Origin: an uncultured virus (IMG/VR IMGVR_UViG_3300010003_000012)
Taxonomy: Duplodnaviria; Heunggongvirae; Uroviricota; Caudoviricetes
Direction: 5' to 3' (one strand)
IMG/VR virus record: IMGVR_UViG_3300010003_000012
DNA length: 64,000 nucleotides
The position numbers were made by a program, and so were the translations under genes. The notes beneath the pieces were generated by a model that saw only the letters and a list, made by a program, of their open reading frames with translations, did no database searches and was not told the DNA's origin. Below, one piece after another: positions 20,317 through 30,117 of the stretch. Numbering within the stretch: the stretch's first letter is position 1; every line of letters starts with the position of its first letter.

Positions 20317-22371
20317 TTAATCCCAACGATCGATTTTTACGAGACGAGAAGAATTACCTGACGTTACCTTTAGAATGAGGTTCCATTCGCTGTCTTTTGA
20401 GTATCCAAGACCACATGCTGAAGCCGAATCTGAATCGGAGATAACAGCACTTGCAGTGAAGGCTTCGAGAGTCTTCCGGATTTGTCGAAGTTCTCCTTTT
20501 AACATTTCGTTAAAGAATCCTCGACCCTTTCCTTCTGATGTATCTTTGACACCGTCTAACAAGAAGAACGTATGGTTTCCGGCTTGCGGAGCCTTGTCTT
20601 CTCCCCATAGGTTTGGTGAAGGTACGATCGCATTGACTTTCACGAATGAGTTATTCCGGACTCCCCAGTCATCGCTATTCGTAGGCGCTGAGCTGATTAA
20701 AGCTCCTTGTGATTTACTGAAGTCGAATTCAAATACAGTTTCTTTCTTTCCGTCCCGTAATGGTTTGCCATGGTACTTGTAAATTCGACCATTGACTTCC
20801 AACTCTGCTACAAACGGAGTTCCTTCCTGATAATTCACACGTTCGCTATAGTTGACGACGTAGAATTTATACTTACCTTCCAGAGCATCTGATCCCCATC
20901 GCATATTCTCTACTGGTGTACTACTCTCTCGATCAAGACCATTCATGTCCAAGTCAAGGTATCCACCATAACTATCACGTTTCGAATGGTAGTAAAGATG
21001 CTGACCTCGTGGATTGACACAGTGAAGATCCAAGTCGGTAAGTCCTTCCCACATCAGAGAGACTCGAATTGTATTGTCTTCATGACGACCGCCTGCTTCT
21101 TCTACACGACGCTTCATCTCGGCATCTGCTCCACCATGGTAGTACCAACTGTAAGGATTTCCCCATTGAAGGATGTTCTCTGAAGTGTTGTCTTCAGCAG
21201 TAACAAGTGCCATGAATCGTTCTGGATTCGAGATCATTGCCTCAATCTTATCAGCAGTCGGAAGAACTGTCCGAGAGAACTTGTCGAATGTCATGACCGT
21301 TTGCGGAAGCATCATTGGATCTTCAACGTTCTGTTTTGGAGCAAGGTGAGCAAAGATTCCTGCAGGTTTATCGGACTTCTTAGGCTCGATTTTGCGTTCT
21401 TTCCAGATCAACTCTGATTCAGGTAGCTCTTCAAGAGTTGCATATCGACGAGACAGAGAGTTTTCTAATCCAAGTTTCTGAATGATTTTCTCAGCTTCAT
21501 AAATTCCACCTTGAGTTGGAGCCGTTTGTGATCGCATATAGTTTGCAGGATTCATCTTCTCTGCGAAACGAGAAGCTACTAATTCAGCGTTCAATCCACT
21601 TTGGATATCCTCCAAGAGTGTTCCAATCATTGAACTCTTAATATGAGTGTATCCGTTTGGAGCCGTTGCGACCGCTAACCAAGTAACGTTTGTTTTCTTA
21701 TCAATCCCTGACACAGAAGCACGAAGGTCGAGTACGTTTTTAAACCATTCTGCAATGCCGAGTACACGATCTGATCGATACATTGTCTCTGACTTAATAA
21801 GAGCCAATGCCTTATCAACAGTCGTGCTACTAAACTCGATCACAGCTCTCATGAGCATCTTGAAGTCTTCTACTTTCTCTGCCATCAGTTGGCTAGCTGT
21901 TAGTAGTCGTGACTTGTTCACATAGGAGATTGGCAATGTTACCGATAAGTGAGTCCATGATCCAGTGATCGGATGACCAAGAGTCTTTTCATCTGAGATG
22001 AACATCTTTTTAACACTTGAAGCTAAAACCAATTCTTCCAAAGCTTTAACTGACTTTTTAAAGAAGCTTGGAACGTCTTCGTGATTCCATAAGACAGATT
22101 CCATATTTCCTTGTGGATCAATCGTTACTAGATTACCGTATCGAGTAAAGAAGCTCTTACATGAGTTGCAAACGTAATGTGCTTGCGCCTCTTTAGGAAG
22201 ATTTTCTAGATACGTTTCGAAGATGTCGTCTGCGTTTGTCGAAAAGAGCAATGCTCCATTTGATACAAACTTTTCAAATCGCTTGCGCACTGCGATCTCA
22301 AATTCTGGGTAGCGATCATCTTCGCTGTCCTCTTTCGTATAAGCCATTACGTTGGTTAAATCTTTCATCAT
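20317..22371 (-). CDS. Large phage protein with a YfaP/DUF2135-like domain
   Basis: RVSLMW...DLDLH...P...LYY...GGYLDLD...PVEN...G.Y...V.NY motif; CNSC near the N-terminus. Confidence 0.65.
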   Translation of the reverse strand: MMKDLTNVMAYTKEDSEDDRYPEFEIAVRKRFEKFVSNGALLFSTNADDIFETYLENLPKEAQAHYVCNSCKSFFTRYGNLVTIDPQGNMESVLWNHEDVPSFFKKSVKALEELVLASSVKKMFISDEKTLGHPITGSWTHLSVTLPISYVNKSRLLTASQLMAEKVEDFKMLMRAVIEFSSTTVDKALALIKSETMYRSDRVLGIAEWFKNVLDLRASVSGIDKKTNVTWLAVATAPNGYTHIKSSMIGTLLEDIQSGLNAELVASRFAEKMNPANYMRSQTAPTQGGIYEAEKIIQKLGLENSLSRRYATLEELPESELIWKERKIEPKKSDKPAGIFAHLAPKQNVEDPMMLPQTVMTFDKFSRTVLPTADKIEAMISNPERFMALVTAEDNTSENILQWGNPYSWYYHGGADAEMKRRVEEAGGRHEDNTIRVSLMWEGLTDLDLHCVNPRGQHLYYHSKRDSYGGYLDLDMNGLDRESSTPVENMRWGSDALEGKYKFYVVNYSERVNYQEGTPFVAELEVNGRIYKYHGKPLRDGKKETVFEFDFSKSQGALISSAPTNSDDWGVRNNSFVKVNAIVPSPNLWGEDKAPQAGNHTFFLLDGVKDTSEGKGRGFFNEMLKGELRQIRKTLEAFTASAVISDSDSASACGLGYSKDSEWNLILKVTSGNSSRLVKIDRWD

Positions 22372-22511
22372 GTTAATTCTCCTCACTGAATTTTAATGTG
22401 TTTGATTTTTACTGCTCGTTGCTACTTCTAAAGAATATCACCGCCAAACCATAATTGCAATACTTTCTTTTAAGTAATTTCAAATATTTTGTTTAGCGGT
22501 GCAAATGAACG

Positions 22512-23807
22512 TTACGACAAGCCTAGCATAGCCAGTAAATCCTCTTCAGAAGGCTGTTCTTGCTTGGTGACAAACATCTCATTATGCTCTTTGAATTCTT
22601 TGTAGAATGAGCAATGATCCTTCATTTCACAAAGGTTTACACAGAAGAATGAGTCTCCGTTGTTGATGTGTTCACGGTTGAACGCCTCATCTTTATTCTC
22701 TTCCTTAGATCGTGTGATGATCTCATCCAGAGTTGATATGAGACTCTCTTTGAACTCTGAGATAACCTCATCAGTTAGATCGACATCGATAATACAATTG
22801 TCGACAGAGTACTTATTTTGAATAAACTCAGGTAGGCAAGACAAAGAATTAGAAGACGCAGATTCACTGACCAACTCACTGATTTTAAACGGATCAAAAT
22901 TTACGAGACGAAGAGCTTTGATTTCCTGCTCTAGATCACCGCATGCGACTTGATACCCTTCCGCTTCTTCCGGAGTTGTCTTCTTCATCCCCATTTTCTT
23001 GACGAGCTTGGCAATCTCTTTCTCAAGCTTTTCGATATCTTTCGATACGCCTTCCAAGTCTTTTCGAATCTGATTGGAGATATGCGCCACCCATTGACGA
23101 CGCTCTGCTTTCGTGACCTTTAATGATCCATTCTTCTGCAGAAATGACACGTTGCAGTACTTCATCATATCGTACCGAATTTTAATCTTTTCAAGCGGAA
23201 ACTGCATCACTTCTCCATTAAAGAATCGACCATGCTGACTGATACCAATGGCATAGATCATAAGCTGTCGAGCCTTTTCAAGAAGCTTCTTGCCAGTGAA
23301 TCCAGACATCGACGACGTCTTGTAGTCCATGATGATCAGGTTGCCCTCGTCATCTAGGAACTCGCTATCAATGTAGCCTTGGAAAACGTACTTTTCCAGT
23401 CCTTCAAACACAGCGATTACAGCTCTCTCGTTGATCACAGCATGAGGAATCGTCTTAACATTTCGGAAGTAATCTTGAATGTTCAGGATATACCCATCTC
23501 GAATCTCATCGGTGTTGAAACGTAGCTTAGGATCGTCCGCTACCTTCCACTTAAGCACCTCTTCATCAAACTTAACGATCATTTGGTCATAAGTGTACTT
23601 CCCTTCATAGAAATCCTGAATGATTTCATGGGCAAGCGATCCAAAGAAAGTGTAGCAACTGTCTCCACGGACTCGGATCTTATCGATGTACTTAAGCTTG
23701 AATAGCCATTTACACTGATCGAACGTACTTACTTTCGAAAATGACCATAGCTGTTCTACGTCCATTTTCTCTTTGATGTAATTTAGTTGTTCTCTAGACA
23801 ATCTCAT
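22512..23807 (-). CDS. PD-(D/E)XK nuclease (AddB/Cas4-like)
   Basis: SFSK...FDQC, FG...HE, GYID, DYKT, QL.IYA, C-terminal FC..LC.....C. Confidence 0.85.
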   Translation of the reverse strand: MRLSREQLNYIKEKMDVEQLWSFSKVSTFDQCKWLFKLKYIDKIRVRGDSCYTFFGSLAHEIIQDFYEGKYTYDQMIVKFDEEVLKWKVADDPKLRFNTDEIRDGYILNIQDYFRNVKTIPHAVINERAVIAVFEGLEKYVFQGYIDSEFLDDEGNLIIMDYKTSSMSGFTGKKLLEKARQLMIYAIGISQHGRFFNGEVMQFPLEKIKIRYDMMKYCNVSFLQKNGSLKVTKAERRQWVAHISNQIRKDLEGVSKDIEKLEKEIAKLVKKMGMKKTTPEEAEGYQVACGDLEQEIKALRLVNFDPFKISELVSESASSNSLSCLPEFIQNKYSVDNCIIDVDLTDEVISEFKESLISTLDEIITRSKEENKDEAFNREHINNGDSFFCVNLCEMKDHCSFYKEFKEHNEMFVTKQEQPSEEDLLAMLGLS

Positions 23808-24442
23808 TCGGGACTACCTTCTTCCTTTTTGTTGACGTAAGACATTACATCTTCGGTGAAATGTTTCGCACACTTTACGACATAATATTCTTTATCTGCT
23901 TCAGTATTTGTATCTCCAACAAGCACTGGACTTCCTTCGAACACTGGATTGTCTCCTAGATATCGGATATTGAACATCGCCTTACTCTTGCATCCTTCTA
24001 CTCGACAAATTGTCTTAACCTCTTCAAATCGATTCGCAAGCTCCAGTAGAGCCTTTGAACCCTCGAAAAGCATACCTTTGAAGTCGGTCTTCAATCCGTA
24101 ACACATGACGGGAATGGATAAATCGTCTACGATTCGTCGTAAACCAAACACCTGCGAGTGACTCAAGAACTGAGCCTCGTCGACAAATACACATGCGACA
24201 TCCAATCCGCCCTTAATAAGTAGAGAAATATGAGTGTAAAGATCATAATCTGGTGGCAGGTCTAAACACTTTGCCGACAATCCTGCACGGCTCTCAATCA
24301 TCCCTGAAGCCGATCGAGTGTCTACAACTGGCTTGACGAGAAGTGGAAATTGACCACGTTGTTCGTATTCGAATGCATCCATCAGTAGACGAGCTGTCTT
24401 GGAAGATCCCATCGTTCCATATCTATAGTAAAGCTTTGCCAT
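23804..24442 (-). CDS. tdk: Thymidine kinase
   Basis: YGTMGSSKT, VDEAQFL, YGLKTDF, zinc-binding cysteines. Confidence 0.93.
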   Translation of the reverse strand: MAKLYYRYGTMGSSKTARLLMDAFEYEQRGQFPLLVKPVVDTRSASGMIESRAGLSAKCLDLPPDYDLYTHISLLIKGGLDVACVFVDEAQFLSHSQVFGLRRIVDDLSIPVMCYGLKTDFKGMLFEGSKALLELANRFEEVKTICRVEGCKSKAMFNIRYLGDNPVFEGSPVLVGDTNTEADKEYYVVKCAKHFTEDVMSYVNKKEEGSPE

Positions 24443-24461
24443 ATAAAGTCCTTCTTTCTAA

Positions 24462-24665
24462 TCAGTAGTACAGCTCTCCACGACTACCTTCCAACATGTA
24501 GTCTCGTGGCTCATTAAAGCTACGGTTCAAACCATACTCTTTAATTGCTTTCAAGCTGTTTCGACTCAGCGCCTCATCATCTACGTCAAGATTCTGGGAA
24601 TATATCCGACGATAATCTTGAGCGTCTTCAAAGGTTGCTAAGTGAACGCCTGCGAATTTATGCAT
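24462..24665 (-). CDS. Hypothetical protein
   Basis: ATG 24665 after AAGGAGAAGG. Confidence 0.6.
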   Translation of the reverse strand: MHKFAGVHLATFEDAQDYRRIYSQNLDVDDEALSRNSLKAIKEYGLNRSFNEPRDYMLEGSRGELYY

Positions 24666-24696
24666 CCTGCCTTCTCCTTTTTTGCAATACTTTCTT

Positions 24697-25071
24697 TTAG
24701 TTACTTTTAACCATAAACTCCACTGCGTAGCCATTTACCTTAATCGTTTCGTTGATGTGTTCATCGTTCAAATAGATATCGCAGAGTATCCGTCCAAAGC
24801 TATCAATACTTCTGCTACGAAGATATACCTCTTCTCCAGTCAATCGACTGATCAGGTATTCTCGTGACTCCACAGCCTTCGTTCGAATATCATCGTCCTT
24901 AGAATGGATCTCAGGAGCATTGATACCCAGTAGTCGACCATGCTTGCCAGTCATCGTAACTGAGAAGCCTAAATCGATATCTGAAAAGACAACTGTATCT
25001 CCATCAATTACTCTATGAATCTTTGCTTTGTACCAATAAAGTAGGTCATCCATCTTTTCAATCTTAATCAT
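24697..25071 (-). CDS. Thermonuclease (SNase-like)
   Basis: RVIDGDT, RLLGINAPE, DSFGRIL, INE....GYA. Confidence 0.88.
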   Translation of the reverse strand: MIKIEKMDDLLYWYKAKIHRVIDGDTVVFSDIDLGFSVTMTGKHGRLLGINAPEIHSKDDDIRTKAVESREYLISRLTGEEVYLRSRSIDSFGRILCDIYLNDEHINETIKVNGYAVEFMVKSN

Positions 25072-26144
25072 TCTACATACCTCCTCTCAGATAATAGTTT
25101 CATCCAGACCTTGTATCCATGGTCAATTGGTGAAGAGTTAGCGTCCAGTAAATTCTTATCATCAAATACATAGCTAACCTTTCGATATTTCGAAAACTTC
25201 TTCGCCTGATTAATCAGGAACTGCTCTCCAGTATCGTTTCCATCATCGTCCTTCATCTCCATGACATCCTTGTCGAATGCGATGACAACTTCTATATCAG
25301 AAGGGAGGTGCTTCATAATGATCTGTGCCTGTGTTGGCGCAATCTCATGTCCACCCACGGCACCGGAAAATCCACGGTTTCTTGTTTGACTCCAGTTCTT
25401 GAGAACACTTTTTTCCGCTTCAAAGATAACGAACATACCATTCTCTTCCACATATTTAATCGAATGACTGAATCCATAGATGTTATAGATTTTCTTGTAT
25501 CCTTTAATGTAGTTCCAGTACTTCGGAATCTTGAATTGCTCAATCTCATGAGCTGATCGAGTAGTTCGACCTGTTATTCCAACTATCGAACCTGCATCAT
25601 CATAGCTAAAATGAGGGAAGATAATTCGATCCATCTTAGGATCATATCCAACCTTGAAAACCTCAGATGTTTGCGGAGTAATCCCCTCGTAAAGAAGACT
25701 GACATGGGGAACCATGACAAAGTCTCTCAAAGGCTCCATGCCGAACTTCGCAACCTCTACCTCATCCAAGTCAGTTACGGGTTTAGATCGTTTGCTGATG
25801 TCCCTGAATCTCTGAAGCGGATCGACCTTATTGCTCTTCCTGAATCCTGATGTCGACAATCCAAAAAGATTACCGATAAAACGTATCGATTCCTTGAATG
25901 ACTCTTTTCGCAAAAGCTCGGCAAGAGAGATTATATCCCCTCGGAATGCTTCACCGCTTTTGTAGTATGAGCAGAACAAGGTATCTACGTTGACAGAGAT
26001 GGCGGTGTGATTATCAGACTCCGGAGGCGCCCCACGCAACTCATCTCCTGTTTCCCAAATTCTATGGATTCCAAGAGCCTCCATCACTTTCGAGATTCTT
26101 TCATGATTTCCTGATAAATACTCTTTTAGTTCACTTGCTTTCAT
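25068..26144 (-). CDS. DNA primase (YorJ-like)
   Basis: GDII, RIIFP, GITGR, TOPRIM elements FEAEKS and IAFDKD. Confidence 0.82.
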   Translation of the reverse strand: MKASELKEYLSGNHERISKVMEALGIHRIWETGDELRGAPPESDNHTAISVNVDTLFCSYYKSGEAFRGDIISLAELLRKESFKESIRFIGNLFGLSTSGFRKSNKVDPLQRFRDISKRSKPVTDLDEVEVAKFGMEPLRDFVMVPHVSLLYEGITPQTSEVFKVGYDPKMDRIIFPHFSYDDAGSIVGITGRTTRSAHEIEQFKIPKYWNYIKGYKKIYNIYGFSHSIKYVEENGMFVIFEAEKSVLKNWSQTRNRGFSGAVGGHEIAPTQAQIIMKHLPSDIEVVIAFDKDVMEMKDDDGNDTGEQFLINQAKKFSKYRKVSYVFDDKNLLDANSSPIDHGYKVWMKLLSERRYVE

Positions 26145-26184
26145 TGCGCATCAATCACCTTATCTATTTATACTTAACCACTTA

Positions 26185-26224
26185 ATTATAAAAGAGGCGC
26201 TTCTTATTTGCAATACTTTTGTTT
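26185..26224 (-). promoter_or_regulatory. Primase promoter with the motif overlapping -35
   Basis: AAACAAAAGTA-TTGCAA-17-TATAAT. Confidence 0.8.
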
Positions 26225-26231
26225 AGTTGGA

Positions 26232-26705
26232 TTACGTTACGAGATTCGCTTGAATCTCATCCATTGCCTCATTTGCCAACTGATCAGCACGTTCGTTTAG
26301 CTCTACTCCAGAATGACCTTTCACCTTGAAAAACTTTGGAGTACATCTCCGCTCATTGACCAACTTATTTAGCTCCAACCATAAATCCTTATTCTTGACT
26401 GGCTCTTTCTTGGAGTTCTTCCAACCATTCCGAATCCAGTTAAGCATCCATCCTTGATTCATACAGTTCACCACGTATGCACTGTCGCAGTAGATTTCCA
26501 TCTCTATATGTCCTGCGCCCCGTACCGACTTGAGAGCGCTAATGACTGCCTGAATCTCCATTTGATTATTCGTAGTGCCAATCTTTCCACCACGAATCTC
26601 ATGTTTATGGGTACCGTAAGAGATAGCTACTCCCCAACCACCTACGTTATCTTTTTCCTGATTGCCACGGCATCCACCATCGCAATATGCAATAAACTTA
26701 CTCAT
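26232..26705 (-). CDS. rnhA: Ribonuclease HI
   Basis: YCDGGC, TTNNQME, DSAYV, VKNKDLW, KVKGHSG..NERADQLA. Confidence 0.93.
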   Translation of the reverse strand: MSKFIAYCDGGCRGNQEKDNVGGWGVAISYGTHKHEIRGGKIGTTNNQMEIQAVISALKSVRGAGHIEMEIYCDSAYVVNCMNQGWMLNWIRNGWKNSKKEPVKNKDLWLELNKLVNERRCTPKFFKVKGHSGVELNERADQLANEAMDEIQANLVT

Positions 26706-26719
26706 CTTTATTCCTCCTA

Positions 26720-27491
26720 TTATCCGATCCATTTCCAAATCGAATAGATTATGATCGCTAATCCTAATGCGATAAAGTCATCGCCTATGTTTGGGAATGT
26801 CTGACCATAAATCAGCTTCTCCGCTAGCATCCATACGGCACCGATTGCCATATATATCATGAGAGCGTAAAAAATATCGTCTATCTTTTCCATCCGTTTC
26901 TCCTTACTTGATCTTGTCTTCGTTCCAATTGCGAAATAATCTCTTCTTCTGTCCAAAACTTTGGCTCTCTGTATTCCATGATTAACTCAATACAAGGATG
27001 ATACGCTTTGCGACTATGTTTTAAATAGAACGACCTTACAGCCTTTAGCGCAGACTCTGCTTGTATAAAGAAAGTTTGAGTCTGATTGGCAAAGCGATTG
27101 TAAAACATGATTTTATACTTCTTCATCTCTCGTTTATTCGACAAATCGTTTCCTCCTCAGATCGTTACAAGATAGCAAAGTAACATCATAATGATTGAAA
27201 AGAATAATACTCCTGCCATTGGATTGTCATTCATAATCGATCCTCCATTTTTCTGAAATATTCTGCAGAGATTTTAAGCGCTTCATAAAGCCTTGCCTGC
27301 TCTTCTGTTGCGTCTCCTTCTTTCTCTGCCCATCGTCCTCCACCATTCATGATTGTCCCATCAGAACTGATATAGTAGTCTCTGCCACCTGCTACTCTCT
27401 CTCTCTCCTCATTCAATATACGTGCGATATCGGATGGCTCAATGTTGACTTTGACAGATGTTCTTGCTGTGACGTTGTAAATTGGTCGCAT
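26720..27491 (-). CDS. Cluster of small hypothetical genes (26720-26956, 26881-27144, 27231-27491)
   Basis: Co-oriented short ORFs, one hydrophobic; starts uncertain. Confidence 0.55.
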
Positions 27492-27685
27492 TCTTAGTTC
27501 CTCCTAAATTAAACCCTTTATTGTTTAATCAATTTTAGAGTCCGATGTGCTTGACTCTACTAAAAACATGCCACTCCCTGCAATGACTCCTGCTAGTAAC
27601 GATTCATAAGCATTCATTGTTGTAGTCCAGTAGAATGTGATTGTCGCTAACATGAAACCGATAGTAGGTAAAAGAAACAATTCCC

Positions 27686-28069
27686 TCATTCGCTCTCCTG
27701 CCATTTGTTAATAAGCTTGATCATGTTGTCGCATCTACCAAAAGTGGCAAGCTCGATATCGCCATAATCTGTCTTCCCAACGATCCAATTATCACCGCTT
27801 GCAATAATTGTCTTGTCGCTATATGATCGGCTACCAAAGTAACCTTCACAGAAGCCATAGATACGAATGCCGACGAACTGATCTTTGTAAATTGTGCGTC
27901 TTCCAGAATGCTCGTACTCTTCTAGCTTTTCGAATAACTCTGGAACGAACTTTGTATCTCCGTCTGCCCAACGTTCACGCCATTCTTCTAATTGACTATT
28001 CAATCTAATCGCTCCTTTAATCTTCAAAATATGAGATTTCGCTTCTGTAAAGTCTGACAGAGTGTCCAT
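27686..28069 (-). CDS. Hypothetical protein
   Basis: Co-oriented ORF; true start probably downstream near 28007. Confidence 0.55.
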   Translation of the reverse strand: MDTLSDFTEAKSHILKIKGAIRLNSQLEEWRERWADGDTKFVPELFEKLEEYEHSGRRTIYKDQFVGIRIYGFCEGYFGSRSYSDKTIIASGDNWIVGKTDYGDIELATFGRCDNMIKLINKWQESE

Positions 28070-28568
28070 ATGGAGAGATTCCTATGATTAAAGGACGAAC
28101 AATCTCTGATTTATCACGATTCCGATAATCCATAGATATAGCCACACAAGTAGCAACTCGATCCTCTCCTTCGCCCACCTTGTAAAAGAATCTCTTGCCG
28201 ACACAACTATTGACCAGTTCGCTCAATTCTTCGAGTTCCGTTTTATCAACGGATAGTTCTTCCCATTTCTCCGTTTTCTTGTTTATAACAGAAGACAGCT
28301 CTTCATCTGTTCCACCAATCTTATAGAATAGAGAAAGGGCAACCATAACGACATCGATACACTCTTCCTTTACATCTTCGGAACCTAATTTCTTATATTC
28401 GCTACCATTGGCACCGATATATGACAGGAGTGCTTGTGAGACCTCTCCAGTTTCCTCTGACAGCTTTAGTCCGATCTGCTCCAGTGACTTCTTATTAGCA
28501 ATGCTTAGTTCACGAATCTTCGTTAATTCCACCCTGATCATCCCTTCGATTTGGTCGTTGATTTTCAA
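28017..28568 (-). CDS. MazG-like NTP pyrophosphohydrolase with a C-terminal extension
   Basis: LKLSEETGEVSQA...EECIDV motif. Confidence 0.8.
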   Translation of the reverse strand: MKINDQIEGMIRVELTKIRELSIANKKSLEQIGLKLSEETGEVSQALLSYIGANGSEYKKLGSEDVKEECIDVVMVALSLFYKIGGTDEELSSVINKKTEKWEELSVDKTELEELSELVNSCVGKRFFYKVGEGEDRVATCVAISMDYRNRDKSEIVRPLIIGISPYGHSVRLYRSEISYFED

Positions 28569-28843
28569 CAGCTACCAATGGTAACTACATCACTGCCTTC
28601 TTCGATGCGTTCGATTTCTTCATAGTTGCCTGATAAAGAGAAGATCTCTACCTCTTTCTCTCTGTCACACGTCAAGAGAAAGTCGATTAACTCCTGTGTC
28701 TTCATTCGAATCATCCTCCTGTAGCAGATCTCTATCTGAAATCTCTTTTATAATTTCGTTCGCTCTAGACAATTGACTCTCAGACATAGAGAAGGTAGGT
28801 ATATTCTCTGCTTTGAGTCTCATAATCAACTCATCGATCATGC

Positions 28844-29245
28844 TTATTTGCTCGTCTGAAGATCTACATCCGGAACAATTGACTCTGGTCGGAAAATGAC
28901 CTTATAGTGGAATGAATCTTCAAACTTAGCATCAGTCTGCTCAACGAAGTAACTGACGTTGTCGCTCAATCCAAGATAGTGCTTCTTATACTTCTTCTTA
29001 CCGACCTTACAAGTTACAGTAAGCTTCTTAGAGCTATCGGTATCTAACGCACATAATCCTTCGATTGTTAGCAAGTACTTGTCCGTAATGCCATTGAAGA
29101 ACACGATCTTCCGTTGTACCTCAAAAGAGTCTGCGGACTTTGATAAGTTTTCCGATACCGTATCGGCTTCAGTAGCTCCGCAAGCAGTTAGTGCCAAGAT
29201 TGATAAAGCGATAATCGCTGAAAAAATTGTCTTTTTAAAATTCAT
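28844..29245 (-). CDS. Conserved phage lipoprotein
   Basis: Signal peptide with lipobox LTAC; F.VQRKIVFFNGITDKYL.IEG.C pattern. Confidence 0.78.
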   Translation of the reverse strand: MNFKKTIFSAIIALSILALTACGATEADTVSENLSKSADSFEVQRKIVFFNGITDKYLLTIEGLCALDTDSSKKLTVTCKVGKKKYKKHYLGLSDNVSYFVEQTDAKFEDSFHYKVIFRPESIVPDVDLQTSK

Positions 29246-29301
29246 TGTTTACATCTCCTGATTCTGTATGTTTTGTAATTTCGTTTTTACATTGCTCCTA
29301 A

Positions 29302-29508
29302 TTAGAATCCTTGCACCTTAAGAAAACGTCGCAATCCGTCCACTACGCTTTTATCATTCTCTGCAAGTCGACCATTAACATAGATATCTCCGGTTGGTGT
29401 AAGTTTTAAAATTTCCTTATGATCCTTGCCACAGAAAATGATGCTTGGATCTACTTGAGAGAATGTGTTTCCAATCGCTACAGGTGTTGTTAATTTAGTT
29501 GTCTCCAT
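29302..29508 (-). CDS. Hypothetical protein
   Basis: AAGGAG RBS. Confidence 0.6.
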   Translation of the reverse strand: METTKLTTPVAIGNTFSQVDPSIIFCGKDHKEILKLTPTGDIYVNGRLAENDKSVVDGLRRFLKVQGF

Positions 29509-29529
29509 TGATAATTCGCTCCTTTGAAT

Positions 29530-30099
29530 TCAATTTCTACGTTCGACAGTAATTGGATTGTTTAGCATGTATTCGACAACAGTGTCGAGTGGAACAGGTT
29601 GACCGAACGGAACCTTGAGAACCTCGTTCATAAAGTAGCTATCCACTCCGACGTTAAGCTGATTCGCATCGTCACTTAATTCCGAATGAATGTGACCATG
29701 AATCGACCATTTCCGCTCTCGTAATCCAATCTGCATAGGATAATGAGTAAGCCACATGCACTGCTTATCTCGCTTCAGTACAATTCCGACACGGTGAAGT
29801 TCTGAGATAAGACCATTTTCAAGTAGTTTCTTACACACCTTCGTATCATCATGATTTCCTTGAATGAGGATGATGTTTCCGTTTAATCGCTCTAAGATAG
29901 GAGCAATCTTTGCGTAGCTACCATTGATTGAAATATCTCCGTCGTGATAAACGGTATCTCCATCTGATACAACTGAGTTCCATGCATCGATCATATACTC
30001 GGTCATTTCCTCAGCAGTCTCGAACTGTCCTCGAGTCTTCTTCTCGAAGTTCAAGATATTCTTGTGAAGATAATGTGTGTCTGCAATTAAAAAATCCAA
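29530..30099 (-). CDS. Calcineurin-like metallophosphoesterase
   Basis: ADTH, GD, GNHD, THYP, HGHIH motifs. Confidence 0.88.
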   Translation of the reverse strand: MDFLIADTHYLHKNILNFEKKTRGQFETAEEMTEYMIDAWNSVVSDGDTVYHDGDISINGSYAKIAPILERLNGNIILIQGNHDDTKVCKKLLENGLISELHRVGIVLKRDKQCMWLTHYPMQIGLRERKWSIHGHIHSELSDDANQLNVGVDSYFMNEVLKVPFGQPVPLDTVVEYMLNNPITVERRN

Positions 30100-30117
30100 T
30101 GTATTAACCCTCCACTT

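Noticed and set aside
22512..23807. CRISPR-associated Cas4
   Set aside because: No other cas genes or array; the context is replication and recombination
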